NCBI GenBank assembly: GCA_964035545.1
Contig: OZ037765.1
Coordinates: 33,107,504 to 33,171,503, forward strand
From: Bugula neritina
Taxonomy: Eukaryota > Animalia > Bryozoa
Reading direction: 5' to 3'
Length of the DNA stretch: 64,000 bases
Notes under the pieces: generated by a model
Database searches by the model: none
Seen by the model: the letters and a program-made list of their open reading frames with translations, nothing else
What the model was told of the DNA's origin: nothing
Position numbers and translations under genes: made by a program
Shown: piece by piece, positions 1-14,800 of the stretch
Layout of the letters: each line of letters begins with the position of its first letter
Position numbering within the stretch: position 1 is the first letter of the stretch

Positions 1-2598
1 ACTATCTGATTACTTGACTTATATAACTCTGAAAAGTTCCTAACTTCAGCTGATGTGTCAGTCACTGAGTATCAGTACTTAGTGTCAACTTGTAGCTGTA
101 AAGTAGAGTACACTATAGCTGATAATCTGATATACTATACACAGTATCTATACTTTATCATTACACAGTTTCATACTATTTCTTAATATTCTATGGCAAT
201 GAGTAGAGTACTGATTATATATCCCGCTTATTATCTGCTACTTAATCAAATCAAATTGACACTTTTTCTATGCAATTGCTACTGATTTTTCTGGAAAATT
301 ATGGAATAGACTTCATGACATGTTTTTATACTTTGTGTGTTTTAATTAACATTTATATGTGTGTTTTACATCCTTTCATACTATTTAGAGCTAACTAGTA
401 TTATAATATACTTTAGATCACCAATTTGATTCACTGAAGCTTTGTTTTACATCTGCACTTTTACTTCAATAAAGTTTGTTTGAAAATTAAGGCTTGAATA
501 CCTATTTTTGCTCATTATAGTTTTTACAAACAAGAGTAGAAAATAAGTATTTAAAATATAGAGTTGTCTACTTTTTCTATTAAATTTTCAAATTCGTGGT
601 CTTTAATGTCACAGTTTTATTGCTAGGCCGCCAGTAAAGGAGATTTCAAACAAAGCAGACTAGTAGTAGTTGTGGTTAGTAATATATTCTGCACAAGGTT
701 TTGGTAGAAGTAAAAGTGAGTATAATATTAATTTTATGCATGCAAGTCTATATTTTGGTACGGTAGGATCAAACACTGCTTAATTCAAATAAGTTACGGC
801 GGACTCAATGTTTTTATAAATATATTATTATATTACCAATAAAACTAAAACTCTTGTATTTATTTTGCATGACAGATTGTTGCTTTCAGCTTCTTGTTAT
901 CATGTGAATTGTTTCTAAATATTTATTTTTATTGGCAAAGCAGTGAATTTTCTTGGAGTTGCCCTCCTAATTTCAATGTTTCCACATACTGACAAGCTGG
1001 AATTCCTGTATCTACTACATGACAGATTGTCAATTCTCTATAAAATACAAAAATATAATTAACATTCCCACTGTCTTGCGTAAATATAGGACATGGTGTA
1101 AATTACATTGAGCTGGTTACAGATACTGAAATTTAATTTTCTTTTACCTAGAAATTAGGTGGAAGTACATTATAGCTGTTACTGCAGGGTTATATAGAAA
1201 TTTAATAGCAGTCTTAGTATTTTAATTATATAACTATGTTATGGGTCAATTTCTAACTGTTATTCTTCTTCACTACAGTAGGCCTACATAGAATAAGTTT
1301 TAAAATAGTTTGAAAAAGAAGCTATATGCATAATTTTGAGCAAAGACATTATTTTGGTGTGACTCCGTAATTCTTAGCGCATAAACATATTGATTTTAAA
1401 AACATTTAGCATGATTGAAATACATAGAATTCATGCTGACCTTTGATTTAACCTGCCAACACCAGTGTCAATGTAACAGTTCTTCATTACATTAATACTA
1501 TTTTATATTTATAAAAATCTATATTTATGCAGTCCTTATATACTTATAATTCTTCTGTCCTTTTGTCTCATGGAATAGAATATAAAGCTGAGAGAATAGA
1601 AAGTGTATATAGTTGATATTACTCTACTGTGTTGCTGAGGAAAAAGTGAAATTAGAAATTGACTAGTGAGAAGTCAGTAACCTACCAACTGCTAGTCAAA
1701 TTATTGATAAAATAAATATTTACTAGCTGGTGAATTCTAAGGTCCTGCTTTAGATATTTAAGAACTTTTATCTCAATAAACATGGCATAGTATTTGACCA
1801 GCAGTATTTTATAGATAATGTGATTATTAATTAGTTATATAATCTGGTCCACTTAACCCTGTCTATTAATAGTAATGATAAACCTCAGTTAACATTTCAC
1901 CCATATAACTTGTAAAATTATACAGTAACTTTTGACAATATATACATGTTTATTTTCTATTTTTAAAAAAATTGCTTGCTAGGGTAACACAAAGGCATAA
2001 TATAATAAACCACAATTATAATACCTATAATGAATTCACTCTTTGCCAAATTCTTTTTGTGATTTCTTCATAATATCTATCAGTGCATTAGTGCATTAAA
2101 TTCCTAAACACACTTTCAAAATTTATATTCAATTTTATTATGTATGTAAATAAGCATATTAATTTCATAAGAAATGAACCAGTAAAAGCCATAATGACAT
2201 GAAAGTATATTCAACGGTCATATCTATGAGTAACATTACTCAAGACTAGCTAAATAGGGAAGAAAATATCATATGGTTAGTTGAATCAATATCACAGATA
2301 CAGGAGAATTTAGTGACTAAACAATAATGGACTGTGAAATAAAACAAATATAAAAAGTAAGTAAATTAATTTAAATGCATAAAAATAAATTTTATTATAT
2401 ATTATATTAAAAATTGTACTTATATATATTGAAGACAAATCTTGCATAAGAAAATAAACTGCATTTAAAAATGGCTACAAAATTTCATTAGTTATAAATA
2501 TCAATAATATCACAAATATTTGGAAGAATGTATCACTAATGAGACACAAAGTAATGTTGGGGGCTCTAAGATGCACACCTCTGGTTTAGGTTCTCAGT

Positions 2599-5553
2599 CT
2601 AACTATGAATAATGGTTCCTTCACTTACAGCTTTCTGTTTCTTTTTCTTTCTGAAGCTGAGATAAGACAAAATGCCTCTTTTACCAGAAACACTCTTTTT
2701 ATCTCTGTTTCCATTTCTGGTTGATCCAAACGCCCAAACTTCTACCTTCCAGCTGTTGTTCTCATGACACTTTCTAATGACCAAGTCAAATATATGTTTA
2801 CACTGAGCATTACTGGAGAGGTCTATGAATAGATGTTGACAAGTGTTTTCACTAGAAATACCAGGTGGTAGTTGGTACTTTGTAAAGTTCTCTTCTACTC
2901 CCCACAAATTTCCTATTACTATTACAGGTACTCCATCACATTCTGGTAAAATATACAAAAACTGAAATAGTAAACCACGGTAACTATAATAGTAACAGTA
3001 AGAAAAATAGACAGTACAAAAATAATAAATAATAATAAGTTTAACTACACTGTGTTATAACTATCACTGCTTAACTATCACTCTTTAACTATTGCTATGC
3101 GGCTATTACCTCTACTAATTTGAACAACCTTAGCACAAAATATTTTTGCCATAATTAATATCTATGGAACAGCATTGTTTGTTAACTGCTATATAAACTA
3201 GAGTCATATTAAAGCAAATAGAATTATGTAATTAGATCATGGTAAGTTACAAACACGAGCTAATAAATTAGCAAATTTCATGACAATAGAAAGTTATTAT
3301 CAAATAAAAAGTAGTAAATAAATATAATATAATAATATTATGTTTACAATTATTGAAATTTGAGCATAAGTTCCTAACCACTAATATACAATTATATAAT
3401 ATTATTATATATATCACATAATCCTCTGGTAATATGAGTTTATAAGTCATTAGTTCTATATATATCATATCATCACTAATTCTGACTATACATGGGTCTT
3501 GCTATAATCTCAATGCTGACTATTTTTATCTCATGTTATTTTTACACTCTGCCCTAATTACTAGGAGAAAATATTGATCATCTAATCAGAGATAAATTAT
3601 CAAATAATATCATGACAAAACCTCTGGTAGTTTCAGCATTATGCAGTTTGTAGTTTTCCACAAGAAAGCATTAGAGATGTACTTTCTTTGTAATGACTTA
3701 CAGTGACTTACATCAAACATGTTAATCACTACTGGATATTGTTTACAGTCATACTTGATCTAATCTTTTCATTGATTATTATTTTGACATTAAACATAAG
3801 CCGATGAATACCTTCCAATAAAATGGTGGCCATGCAATGATGATTCCTTTAGCTTGCATGAGTAGAAGTTTAACTAGATGTTCATGTAAGAAGGATGGGG
3901 GTCAACACGTACCTCTCATCTGCTGGACTTGTTTCATGAGGCTACTAGCTTTGACTATACTGCTAGCATTGCTCACATTGTACACAATAATGATGGCAGT
4001 TGCTGAACGAATCCTCAACTCCTTCATAGCCGGGAAGTCCATGGCACCCGCTGTATCCACCAGGTTGACAGTTTTATATTTACCATCTGCAAACACAACC
4101 AGTACTTATAATATACATGACAATATAGCTATGATATATACGACAATATACGCTTAATATGTATGACAGTGTAACTATAGTATGTGATAATATATCTATA
4201 ATATATATGATAATATATATATCTAAAATGTGACAATATAGCTATAATATATGACAGTGTAACTGTAATATATGATAATATATGTACTTTTAATACGTGA
4301 CATTATAAATATAATACAAGACAGTTTATCTATAATATAAGACAGTATTATAGTTGTAATATATATGATAATACATCAATAATAGATGGCAATAAAGTCA
4401 TGATATATTACAATAATATTATAGCATGTGACAATATCACTATAATACTATATTAATAATATATGTCAGCTACACTCTCACAATACATGGTAACATATCT
4501 ATTAGATGTCACTGCTTGTTGATATTCATATATTATATATACTTGTGCCGTCACTATGATAAATACACAAATTCAGTGGACATGTAAACTTGTTGATTTG
4601 GTTCAGCTTTGTATTATATCTTATCTGAAGACTTCCACAAACACTAGTAGTGATAACATTATCTCCACACAGCCAACAGTAATGGTTTATGACCACCACT
4701 GTATACTCTAATCTCTACAACCACTGAATGACGCAGAGTTTTCACTTATCACTTTACTGAGTGTTTCCAAGTACATGTAAGTTATGTGGAGTAACACTTG
4801 AGCAGTAAACCAATCACTTGAACTTCAGAATATCCAAATTTAATTACTTTATACATTCAAGAGTTTCAGGTTACAGTAGACAGGAAATATCTCCAAATAA
4901 ATAATTATAGAGAGTAGAACTGACTGAATGACAGAAGTCAATCAATTAAGTATATTATGAGCTAAGAAAAGCACTGATTAGAAAAAAAGCTGTGAAATAA
5001 AAAGCAAAGCTATTATTTCTAGCTGGACTTCAAGTATAAGTACAGCTTTTCTTCACCCTAAAACCTTTCCCTCTAAGAACACATTTCTGTGTTTCAACTG
5101 TGGTATTTCTTTTTGTGTTCCTATTTTGTCATATTTGGAGTAAGGTAGCCTTAAACTAATTGTAATTGTGGTTGAGCAGGGCACGTGTGTTTACCAACTC
5201 AATATTGTTGACAGTTTGGTTTGAATACAACCAGAATAAGCTACATACTAGTAACTGATGGTTTAGGGATGTCACCATTACCTGGTAACTCACTCAGCAC
5301 TGATATGTGTTGAATATTTACAGTCTGAACCTGGTATCTGATGTCTACTAAATAATATATAGTTTAATATCTACTCACCAGGTAGTCTGGTCAGAGTAGA
5401 GTAACAGTCTTCTATTGTAGGTTTGTAGCTGGTTTTTAGAATGCTGAAGATGCATTGAGATACAAAGACAGTCTTTCCAACCTTAGCATCTCCCAAGACT
5501 ACGATGTTGTACTGAGACTGCTGCCTGATGCCGTTTCGTGAGTCTATTCTCAT
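2599..5553 (-). CDS. Atypical Ras-superfamily small GTPase (Di-Ras/Rhes/RASL-like), 3 coding exons, ~230 aa
   Basis: Exons 5553-5379, 4086-3913 and 2942-2599 join in frame through GT-AG phase-1 introns (693 nt). Motifs: G1 GDAKVGKT, G2 YKPTIED, G3 DTAGA, PVIVIGN strand, polybasic tail RKKKKQK. Confidence 0.85.
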
Positions 5554-5564
5554 CTCTAGAAGAC

Positions 5565-6142
5565 TAGTGTACTGTAGTTAGTGTACTGTAGTTAGTGTAG
5601 TGTAGTTAGTGTACTGTAGTTAGTGTAGTGTTGTTAGTATACTGTAGTTAGTGTAGTGTAGTTAGTGTAGTGTAGTTAGTGTAGTGTAGTTAGTGTAGTG
5701 TAGTTAGTGTAGTGTAGTTAGTGTAGTGTTGTTAGTGTACTGTAGTTAGTATACTGTAGTTAGTGTACTGTAGTTAGTATACTGTAGTTAGTGTACTGCA
5801 GTTAGTACACTGTAGTTAGTGTAGTGTAGTTAGTGTACTGTAGTTAGCGTACTGTAGTTAGTGTAGTGTAGCTGCTGTAGTGTAGTTGGTGTACTGTAGT
5901 TAGTGTACTGTAGTTAGTGTACTGTAGTTAGTGTACTGTAGTTAGTGTACTGTAGTTAGTGTACTGCAGTTAGTACACTGTAGATAGTGTAATGTAGTTA
6001 GTGTACTGTAGTTAGTGTACTGTAGTTAGTGTACTGTAGTTAGTGTACTGTAGTTAGTGTACTGCAGTTAGTACACTGTAGTTAGTGTAATGTAGTTAGT
6101 GTACTGTAGTTAGTGTACTGTAGTTAGTGTAGTGTAGTTAGT
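5565..6142. repeat. 14-nt minisatellite (TAGTTAGTGTACTG)n, ~40 copies
   Basis: Directly visible; ends ~10 nt upstream of the GTPase ATG and a putative TTCTAG acceptor on the minus strand. Confidence 0.95.
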
Positions 6143-6772
6143 ATAACACTGTGAAGTAGGTTACACTGTATACTCACTATAGTAACAGGTATAGTGTATA
6201 TACACTGTCAGTATGTTGTATTGTGTGTACATGTGTGTGATAGATCTCTATATTATACTCTACATACTACTACGTCACTGATATTATCTGTAACCCCTTG
6301 TCTCATATTACTCTATTCAATGTCATGGCTCTCTCATCCAATCAGCTGTCTTCTTGCTTTCATTCAACTGGCAGGAAGTGATGTAGAAATCATTGAAGCT
6401 CTGAATGAAGTTCATTGTCTTCAATTGATGTCTTCATTTCACTCATGCATGTGAACATCCGCTCCATCTCTGTCTGCTAGTTCCCTGATTCTAAAAATAG
6501 CGCTAATTATCATCAGTTTAAAGAGGAGACAACTTATAAATTAAGTAGCAAAATCAAACGAGTGTTACTTAAACTTAGTTTCATTTCCCCATCTCCGTTT
6601 AGTTCACTACTTTAATAGCTTGTTATGGTAATACAGTATGATATATTATATATAGTGATGCTGCATGGGTAATTTAAATATCTTTTAAAAAATTTTCAAT
6701 TTTTATATTTTAAGCATTTTTGGACGCTAAAAAGGGTGATTATATAATGTAATAACATTCTACATAAAATGA

Positions 6773-7092
6773 TTTATTTATTCTGAAAATTCTATTGTAT
6801 TTCAGTAAAAGTAGAAACTAACACTGATGAGATACCATTACTCTAAGGACACCAGCACTCACTTTGGATTAAACCCTGCCAGTTGTTGGTTTGCTAGTCT
6901 ATTTCATCCCTACTCTATATAAATAATAATAAGTTGTGTATCATATTCCACATACAGTGATATATTTATTCTAAAAATTCTATTTAAGTAAGAGTAGAAA
7001 CTAACACTTATGAGATCTCTTTACTCTAAGGACACCTGCACTCACTTTGGATTAAACCCTGCCAGTTGTTGGTTTACTAGTCTATTTCATCT
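6773..7092. repeat. Two-copy ~190-nt direct duplication
   Basis: Block AGTAGAAACTAACACT...TACTCTAAGGACACC...CACTCACTTTGGATTAAACCCTGCCAGTTGTTGGTTT occurs at ~6810 and ~6993. Confidence 0.9.
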
Positions 7093-7512
7093 CTATATTA
7101 TTTTTATGAAGTAGTAAATAAATTTATATAATTATAAGTAGTTATGGTGGTAAATAACAGTGCAAGCTTTTTATTATGACTATTGTTACATATGCTCCGA
7201 AAGTTTTATTATATTAGTCTAACGAATTAAATGACCTGTGTAAAATCTTGTGTGGAATATAAACTCACCAGAAGTTGTTAATGATTCTAGAAGTTTGTTG
7301 CAAATGCTAAATATTATTTTGAGTTGAAACAGGTACTATGTGTGCCAATCATTGAAATAGATACACCTACAAATACACCGGACAGGGGAGGATAACTTCC
7401 TAAATGAAAGAGTTTTATTTGTAACCTTCTCTACTACTGCCTTACTTACTACTTAACATTGTATCACCTGCTAATTAAATTAATTGAAATTTGTATTTTG
7501 ATATAGTATAAT

Positions 7513-7710
7513 AAATATTGACACATAGATACTGACTCATTAGTATATACGCATAGATATTGACACATAAATACTGACACATAGATACTGACACATAGAT
7601 ACTGACACATAGATACTGACACATAGATACTGACACATAAATACTGACACATAGATACTGACACATAGATACTGACACATATATACTGACACATAGATAC
7701 TGACACATAT
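7513..7710. repeat. 14-nt minisatellite (ACTGACACATAGAT)n
   Basis: Directly visible; explains the spurious ORFs at 7464-7746. Confidence 0.95.
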
Positions 7711-8835
7711 ACATTGCATAATAATGAGTTGAAGAAAACTGAGCATTATAGTATTAGGCTATTAGGGATTTTACAGTTTGTAATGTTGAATGGGAACTCC
7801 CATTACATTACTTCCTAATTTAAATAAATTAGAAAACAAATATTTTTACATTCTGTAAATTATTTACTTCTTATTTACTAATAGGAAGTATAATTACTAA
7901 TTAGCATTCATGGATGTACTTTTTTTATTTCTTATACAAAAAAATATAATAATTTGAGTAGAAATTAATCACCATTGCAACTGAGCTATAGTATAAAATT
8001 ATCTAAATATTTCAAATACTTTTGTCACATAACTGAAGTTAATTTTGAATAAGGAATATTATGTAGTGAACGAATGAAGTAGTAGTAGAGATATTTGATG
8101 TGATCTGGGAAAGTGAATATAACCAGCTATGTTAATGGTTACAGTTTACCTGCAACTTGTAGTAAGTCACTGTTTATTGCTATGGGAATATTGTGTGCAG
8201 TGCATCCACACCTGGGCTATTGGCTATGAATATAATATCATGTAGAACATGGGCCAGAAGTGATAGTTGGATTATACTCACTATTTCTAAATGCTAACTT
8301 ATTGCTGTGTATATTTACCATTTAATTAGCTAATATACTTGTGCACTAATTTTTATATGGTTGTGTAAATACAGATTATATAATGTAGCATATACAGCTA
8401 CTGTAATATCATCTGTCTAGGTTAGGAGTACCCTCCCCCCTCCACCCGCATGCTTTCTGATTTGGGTCTATAGCTATAATCATATTATGTCAACTGCACT
8501 GATACTTTCAAAAGTCAAGAACAAGTCTGTTAGAATTTCAGTCTAGTATTGAACTGCAGGTACAGAGAGTTTAGGTGTATGCATACAATACGTCTGCGTA
8601 CAGTACGTCTGCATACAATACGTCTGCTGATCAATACACTGGAGATACATACATTCTCTCAAATTGTCCCACACGACTTCACACTACAATATAGCAACTT
8701 GTCAATATGCTGCTAAAAATCATTAGATTAATTGTCTTGATATATTAGTTTACTGGCATAGCTAACCCGCCAGCCAGTTACACACAGTGCATGCACTCTG
8801 TCTGTTTGTCTCTCATCAAATAATGTGCTTTCAGA

Positions 8836-11800
8836 ATGGGAGCTTCCTGGAAGAAGACTTCCAAGGACAAGCGACTGCCAACCAAACCCCCACCTCTCTT
8901 CAACGGAGTAGTTGATAGCTCTGCTGAAAGTCGTGTCAGTGAAAATGGCAACAAAAAATCGAAAATTTTCTCCAGTAATTCTTCAAGCTCGTGTTTTTCA
9001 AGACTGCCTCTGGCTGACAAGAAGGTCACGGTTGACGGATCACGACGTCTTCTGCAGAATGCATCTTCGAAAGCTCTGATAGAATTGGCGTCAACTGACT
9101 TGGCAGTTAGTGTTGATGAACTCTCGACCTTTACGTTTCCGTTTGAAAATGCCGTGTTTGAAGGAGGTGGTGTGAAAGGGATTGCCTACGTAGGTGCTGT
9201 CAAGGTGAGAGGTGTTAGAAAGCGTGTGCAGAGAGAGTAGAACTAAAGGTTTTACGTCTGCTTATTGTGCTCTCAAAGTTGCCAAACCTTGAAAATAATA
9301 TATTCTAGAATGTGTTTGTTATCAACTCACATCAAAAACATTTACCAATTAAGCCATAGGGCTGATATTTACGCATGTCTGTGCATGTTAATTAGGTAGA
9401 GCAAAAACATCACCGTTTAGCGTCAAAATATTCTGTATAAATAGAGCTTCTCTCTGTTACGCAGAGAAGTCATTCCTTAAATTGATATAATCTCCTACCT
9501 TATAATTTAGATACAACTAATGTGTATTATGTTGTTTAGTATGTACAATTCCTGCTATACATGTTCTACCACAACTGTTTCAGTGTTTGAATGACGTGGG
9601 GATTCGGTTGAAAAGGTTTGCCGGGTCAAGTATTGGTGCCACTGTAGCTGGTTTTCTCTCTGTGGGTTACACGGCCGATGAGATGGTAGCTTTGTACCTT
9701 CAGGATCTGAGTGTTTTCATACGGGGTGAGCTTATAGCAGACTATTCTGTGGGTGTGTTAGCTAGAACCTAGGAACTTAGTCTAAGTACATAGTCTGAGT
9801 ATAATATAGTCTAGGTACATAGCCAGCTATGCTATTAACCGCAGACTAAAGTATGGAGTTATCCCACATGTGATTTCTCTTTATAATACTATTCTTAGTT
9901 GGTCACTTGGTTTGACTATGGAGATAAACTCTTAGAAAAAGCTCTTATATTTGAAGATATAGCAAACACTGCAAATACACTTCCTTTTTCTATAAAACAA
10001 TAACTATTGGTAAATCTTAACATCACCTCACTAGTTCAATTCCTACCTTTTCATTAATAATAGATTATAATCAGTAAACCCATTCAAAGGCTACCCTGGA
10101 CTGGATTCATTTTTGTCTCTTTGAGCTGTCAATTAATATTGACACTTACTGCAAGGTGCTTGCAGTTGCTAGTCAAAGCTGATAGTTGTATAGCCTTAAG
10201 AAAGGAAGATAGCATCATGTGAAGTGATAGGCTGATCATGATCAATACTATACATTAATATATCACTAGATTATTTCCTATACTATGTTCAACTAAATAG
10301 CCTCGCTTAATTTCATATTGGCTGATTTTGGTTTGGGGCGTGGGTTGACCTTGCCAAATCATTAACTGGAGAAGTCACAGCACACTGCACAGTAAACTCT
10401 TGTTACACAGAATTAGAGTTTATTTGGTAAACAAAAACAATATGCAGGCTTAAGTATGATTCACATTTCACATGCCTACGAATAATTGGGTCAGATTTGG
10501 CAACTTTTAGGAAGCACTGAGGCATGTCGTTGTAAGGAAGACCACGTCTTTTCAGATTTTTACAGAAAATATAGTTAAATTTCCAATTTATTATCTAGTT
10601 TACTACACTGCAATAAAATAATTACAATTATAGTGTCGCTATAGCATTGGGTGTGTATCTATTTACAGGCAACATTTTTTGTAAATCATAATATATATTA
10701 CATAATATAATTTATTATAATATAATAATATTATATAGTTTTAGAGTGCAAGATATTTTCATCCTCTCAGAACCTGTTTAAAAGGAAATGCAAATATTTG
10801 AAAATTATGAGTGATCAGTAAAATGTTCTCTTTCCCACATAGTGACCCAAGTGGTAATAGCTGCTTCTCTATACACAACTCAACTCTCTCTCTTTCCTAC
10901 CTCCAGATAGCAAGTGTGAACTGCTCTGTTTCCTCCCACGACTCATCTCTAAGTTTGGCATGAATCCAGGACTTGCATTTCTAGACTGGTATGGGAGATG
11001 TCTGGCTGTGAAGACTCAGGACCCTAATATTACATTCAAACAGGTGGGTGGGTGACTGAGCGTGCCCCAATATAGTGACTCAAAGTACACATGAACTAGG
11101 CTAACATAAAATTGGTAGGTTAACAGGTGCACTGATTAGATGGAACAAGGCACAAAATTCAACTCTTGGAGTTGCCTCCCTTGTAATTGCTACTAAACAT
11201 CAGTGTTGGCTTTCATAAATTATATTCCTGTTACAAGAAACTCTCAATACTTGATAATCCAATTTCCAGTGTCTTGACTAAACAAATTTAGAGGATTTGC
11301 TTGTCTCACATCTCTAGTCCAGAGGTGAAGGTGATTGAACCAGTGAAAGCTCACAACACACATAATATAATAATATTTATATTCAATCTACTAACTCTGT
11401 ACTATTCCGTGTCATGTGTAGATTATTAACTTATACAACTTTTACCAGAATATCATGTAAGTTAGACATCTAATGTAATTAGGATCCATTTCCTTGCACT
11501 GGCTTATATTTCTATAAATTACATCATAACCACTATAGCCATGAATGTCCACTTCAGTCTTTATTCAACTAACCATGAGGCTAAGCATATTTTTAGTAAA
11601 AGAAAACCCATGTAAGAAATCAGTGTGAGATTTGATTATGTATAGCATATCTTTTGCATAGTATACAAGATACTAGCATGGAAAGGTTTAATCTAGAATA
11701 TTCCATGGTGCTTTTACTACCCACTGTAGTTCACACACTTACAACTAGCTTACTATTCTTTTACTCAATAACAATAGCCTGGAGATATAATTGTGTTTAT

Positions 11801-14800
11801 AATATCCAGTATCCCTTCTGTAATATTATATTGTTGTGTAATATAATATTATAGTATATGCTTCAGTGAATACCCACAATGCAACAGCTATTCATGAGAC
11901 TACAACATGAGTCAGCTGGCCCACGCTACTTAGGAACTCTGGCATTGCTTTACATCTCATATATTTAACTCCAGTATATTGGGTTAAAGTGCAAAGAGTT
12001 GATGTGCTCAATTTTACTTTGAAACTAAGTGTTACTGTAGGAATGGGTTTGCAAACTGTGAGAATAGCTGGAAATGAGGAAATAGAAGATATATTTAGTC
12101 AAATGTAGCTATTTAATCACTAAAGACAGTATTTTCTTCGTTAGCTATCTTCTGGCAACCAAAGTAGTGTAACAAGTTAGCCAACATGCATATAGTTTAC
12201 CTTAAACATATGGTGTTTCTGGCTGCATTATTTTACTAGAATAATTTTTATAGGTAATGACTTCCCTTGAAAGTAAGAATATAATATTTTAAGTAAGAAT
12301 AAAGTAATATATTACTTATATTAAAGATATGAGTAATATATAACATATTAAAGTGTTCTAAATTTCATATTAAGCATATTACTATATTCTACAAAGCTGT
12401 ATGTGGACACTATTCATAATATCATAGTGTAGACAACCCCTGTATCTCTAGCATTTCTCTCCAGGTATATGAAAGGTTTGGCACTGAGCTGTGTGTAGTT
12501 GTGCTCAATATGAACACAGGCAAGGAAGAGTATTTCCACCCTAAGACTACTCCAGATATACCAGTGAGGGTGGCTGTGCGCATGTCCATCTCTGTACCAG
12601 GTAAATAGTTAGGTTCTAAGGTACATGTTACACAATGTGTAATACGAAAGCAGTTGCTACGAAAGCAATTCGTAGATGCAGGGAAGTCAACCTGTATTTA
12701 GTTTTATTCATCTCTGAAACTGTTTGCTTTATGTAACTGACGGAAAACTGCTCACTATATAAATATGTATGTGTGAATAAAAATACCACCTTGAACTGTA
12801 AACTACTATTATTACACATATGTATTTTACTTCTCTTTTCTTATTTATCGTGCACATTCTTAGACCCAATTGTTATTTTAGACATTCTTGAAGTTGTTTC
12901 TATTTTTAGAGCTCAGTGCTAGCATGTACATTAACTGACTAACTGTATGATGTACATTGTACATTATGCCTCACTATACACAGTATTTATGTTATAAAAT
13001 ATTATCTAACAGTATTCTAACTCATATAACGTTCTTATAGAGACAGTATATTCTACAGGTGTGTTGGAGCCGATATCCTTAGAGAATGTGACAGGAAGTA
13101 CTGACCTATATATTGATGGTGGAGTTATCTGTAATTACCCAGTCTATGTGTTTGACGGTTCGTATCACCATGTCTGTATGAAGTGAACACTAGTGCTAGT
13201 ACATGTGTGTTTACTGTATAAGTAGTTGGCTGTAGTAGTGTGTGTTTACTGTATAAGTAGTTGGCTGTAGTAGTGTGTGTTTACTGTATAAGTAGTTGGC
13301 TGTAGTAATGTGTGTTTACTGTATAAGTAGTTGGCTGTAGTAATGTGTGTTTACTGTATAAGTAGTTGGCTGTAGTAGTGTGTGTTTACTGTATAAGTAG
13401 TTGGCTGTAGTAGTGTGTGTTTACTGTATAAGTAGTTGGCTGTAGTAACGTGTGTTTACTGTATAAGTAGTTGGCTGTAGTAACGTGTGTTTACTGTATA
13501 AGTTGGTGGCTGTAGTAATGTGTGTTTACTGTATAAGTTGGTGGCTGTAGTAGTGTGTGTTTACTGTATAAGTAGTTGGCTGTAGTAACGTGTGTTTACT
13601 GTATAAGTAGTTGGCTGTAGTAGTGTGTGTTTACTGTAATGTTATAAATATTATATTTTGCTTACAGCTGCACTTTACAACGCAGTCAATTAATCTATAT
13701 ATGCGTTCATTTTGGATGAAATCTAACTGACCAGTTGTTAGATGCCTTGATTACATCATCATTAAAAAACTCCTTTTCGAGCTCATAGCTACGTACGCCA
13801 CTTTATATTATATGTGCAATATAATATAAAGTTTAGGGTTTCTAAAACATATTATATTTTCTCAGACATGAGGATGATGATATCACTATGATGTAATATC
13901 TATAAATAGATAATATCTGTAAATAGCATTTATCTCTATATCCACCCACAGGCTGGTGGCTGTCTATGCAACCCAAGGATCACATCTACGAAAGACTGTG
14001 CAGTACTCCAAAAGAAAACATCTGTGATGAGTTGTCTTTCCTTTATGATAGTAAAAACAAGTTTACTCAAAACGATTTCAAAACAATCGGATTCAAACAG
14101 GTAATTTTCCTGTTGGGTTCTTAAAACTAAATAACTTTTCTCCAAACTTAAATAAATATGTAATATATAATATAATGGATATGTTATTATTTAATTTTCA
14201 ATTAAATAATATTAATCACATAACATAATATATTGTATGGTATTTATGATGTAATGTTGTATTATATTATTCCTTTCTAAACTGCAGACTGTTAACACCA
14301 ATTTTTTCAACGAATCTATTGTCCGCTCGTGTTTCAATGAAGATTGTGAGTTGGTGAGGAACACAAACATAAACTTCTCTAGACCAGACACAAAACTAGT
14401 CAAGTGAGTGTCTCCTTCTCTCTTGTGTGAATTGGGAAGGGGAGCATATACCACCCCCTTACTGGAAAATAAATTGGTTAGCTTATCATTTCTCTGTAAA
14501 TATGAATGCTTGATGAAAAATTTTTCTGCTTCGCCGGAGGTTATTTGCACCATTGTGTGGTTTTGTTAGGCTAATTGATGGGCGTTTTTACTGTTATAAC
14601 TTAAAGGATATTTTATAGTATTAACATCAAATATGCTACTACATAATATGGAATTAGCTGGTATCTCCTGGAATACAGCTGGGCTAGCTTCAGGTGGGCT
14701 AGCATCAGGTGGGTTGGCAGCAGGTGGGTTAAGTCAGCAGGTGGGTTAAGTCAGCAGGTAGATTGGTAGCAGGTGGGTTGGCAGCAAATGAGTTGTAGAA

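Noticed and set aside
1-2500. Coding or structured feature at the window start
   Set aside because: Very AT-rich with no ORFs or recognisable motifs beyond AATAAA signals; probably UTR or intergenic DNA.
2566-2601. Stop-codon readthrough restoring a prenylation signal on the GTPase (TAG then TENLNQRCAS-stop)
   Set aside because: The Cys would be third from the end, one residue short of CaaX, and TAG-A is not a leaky context; at most a relic.
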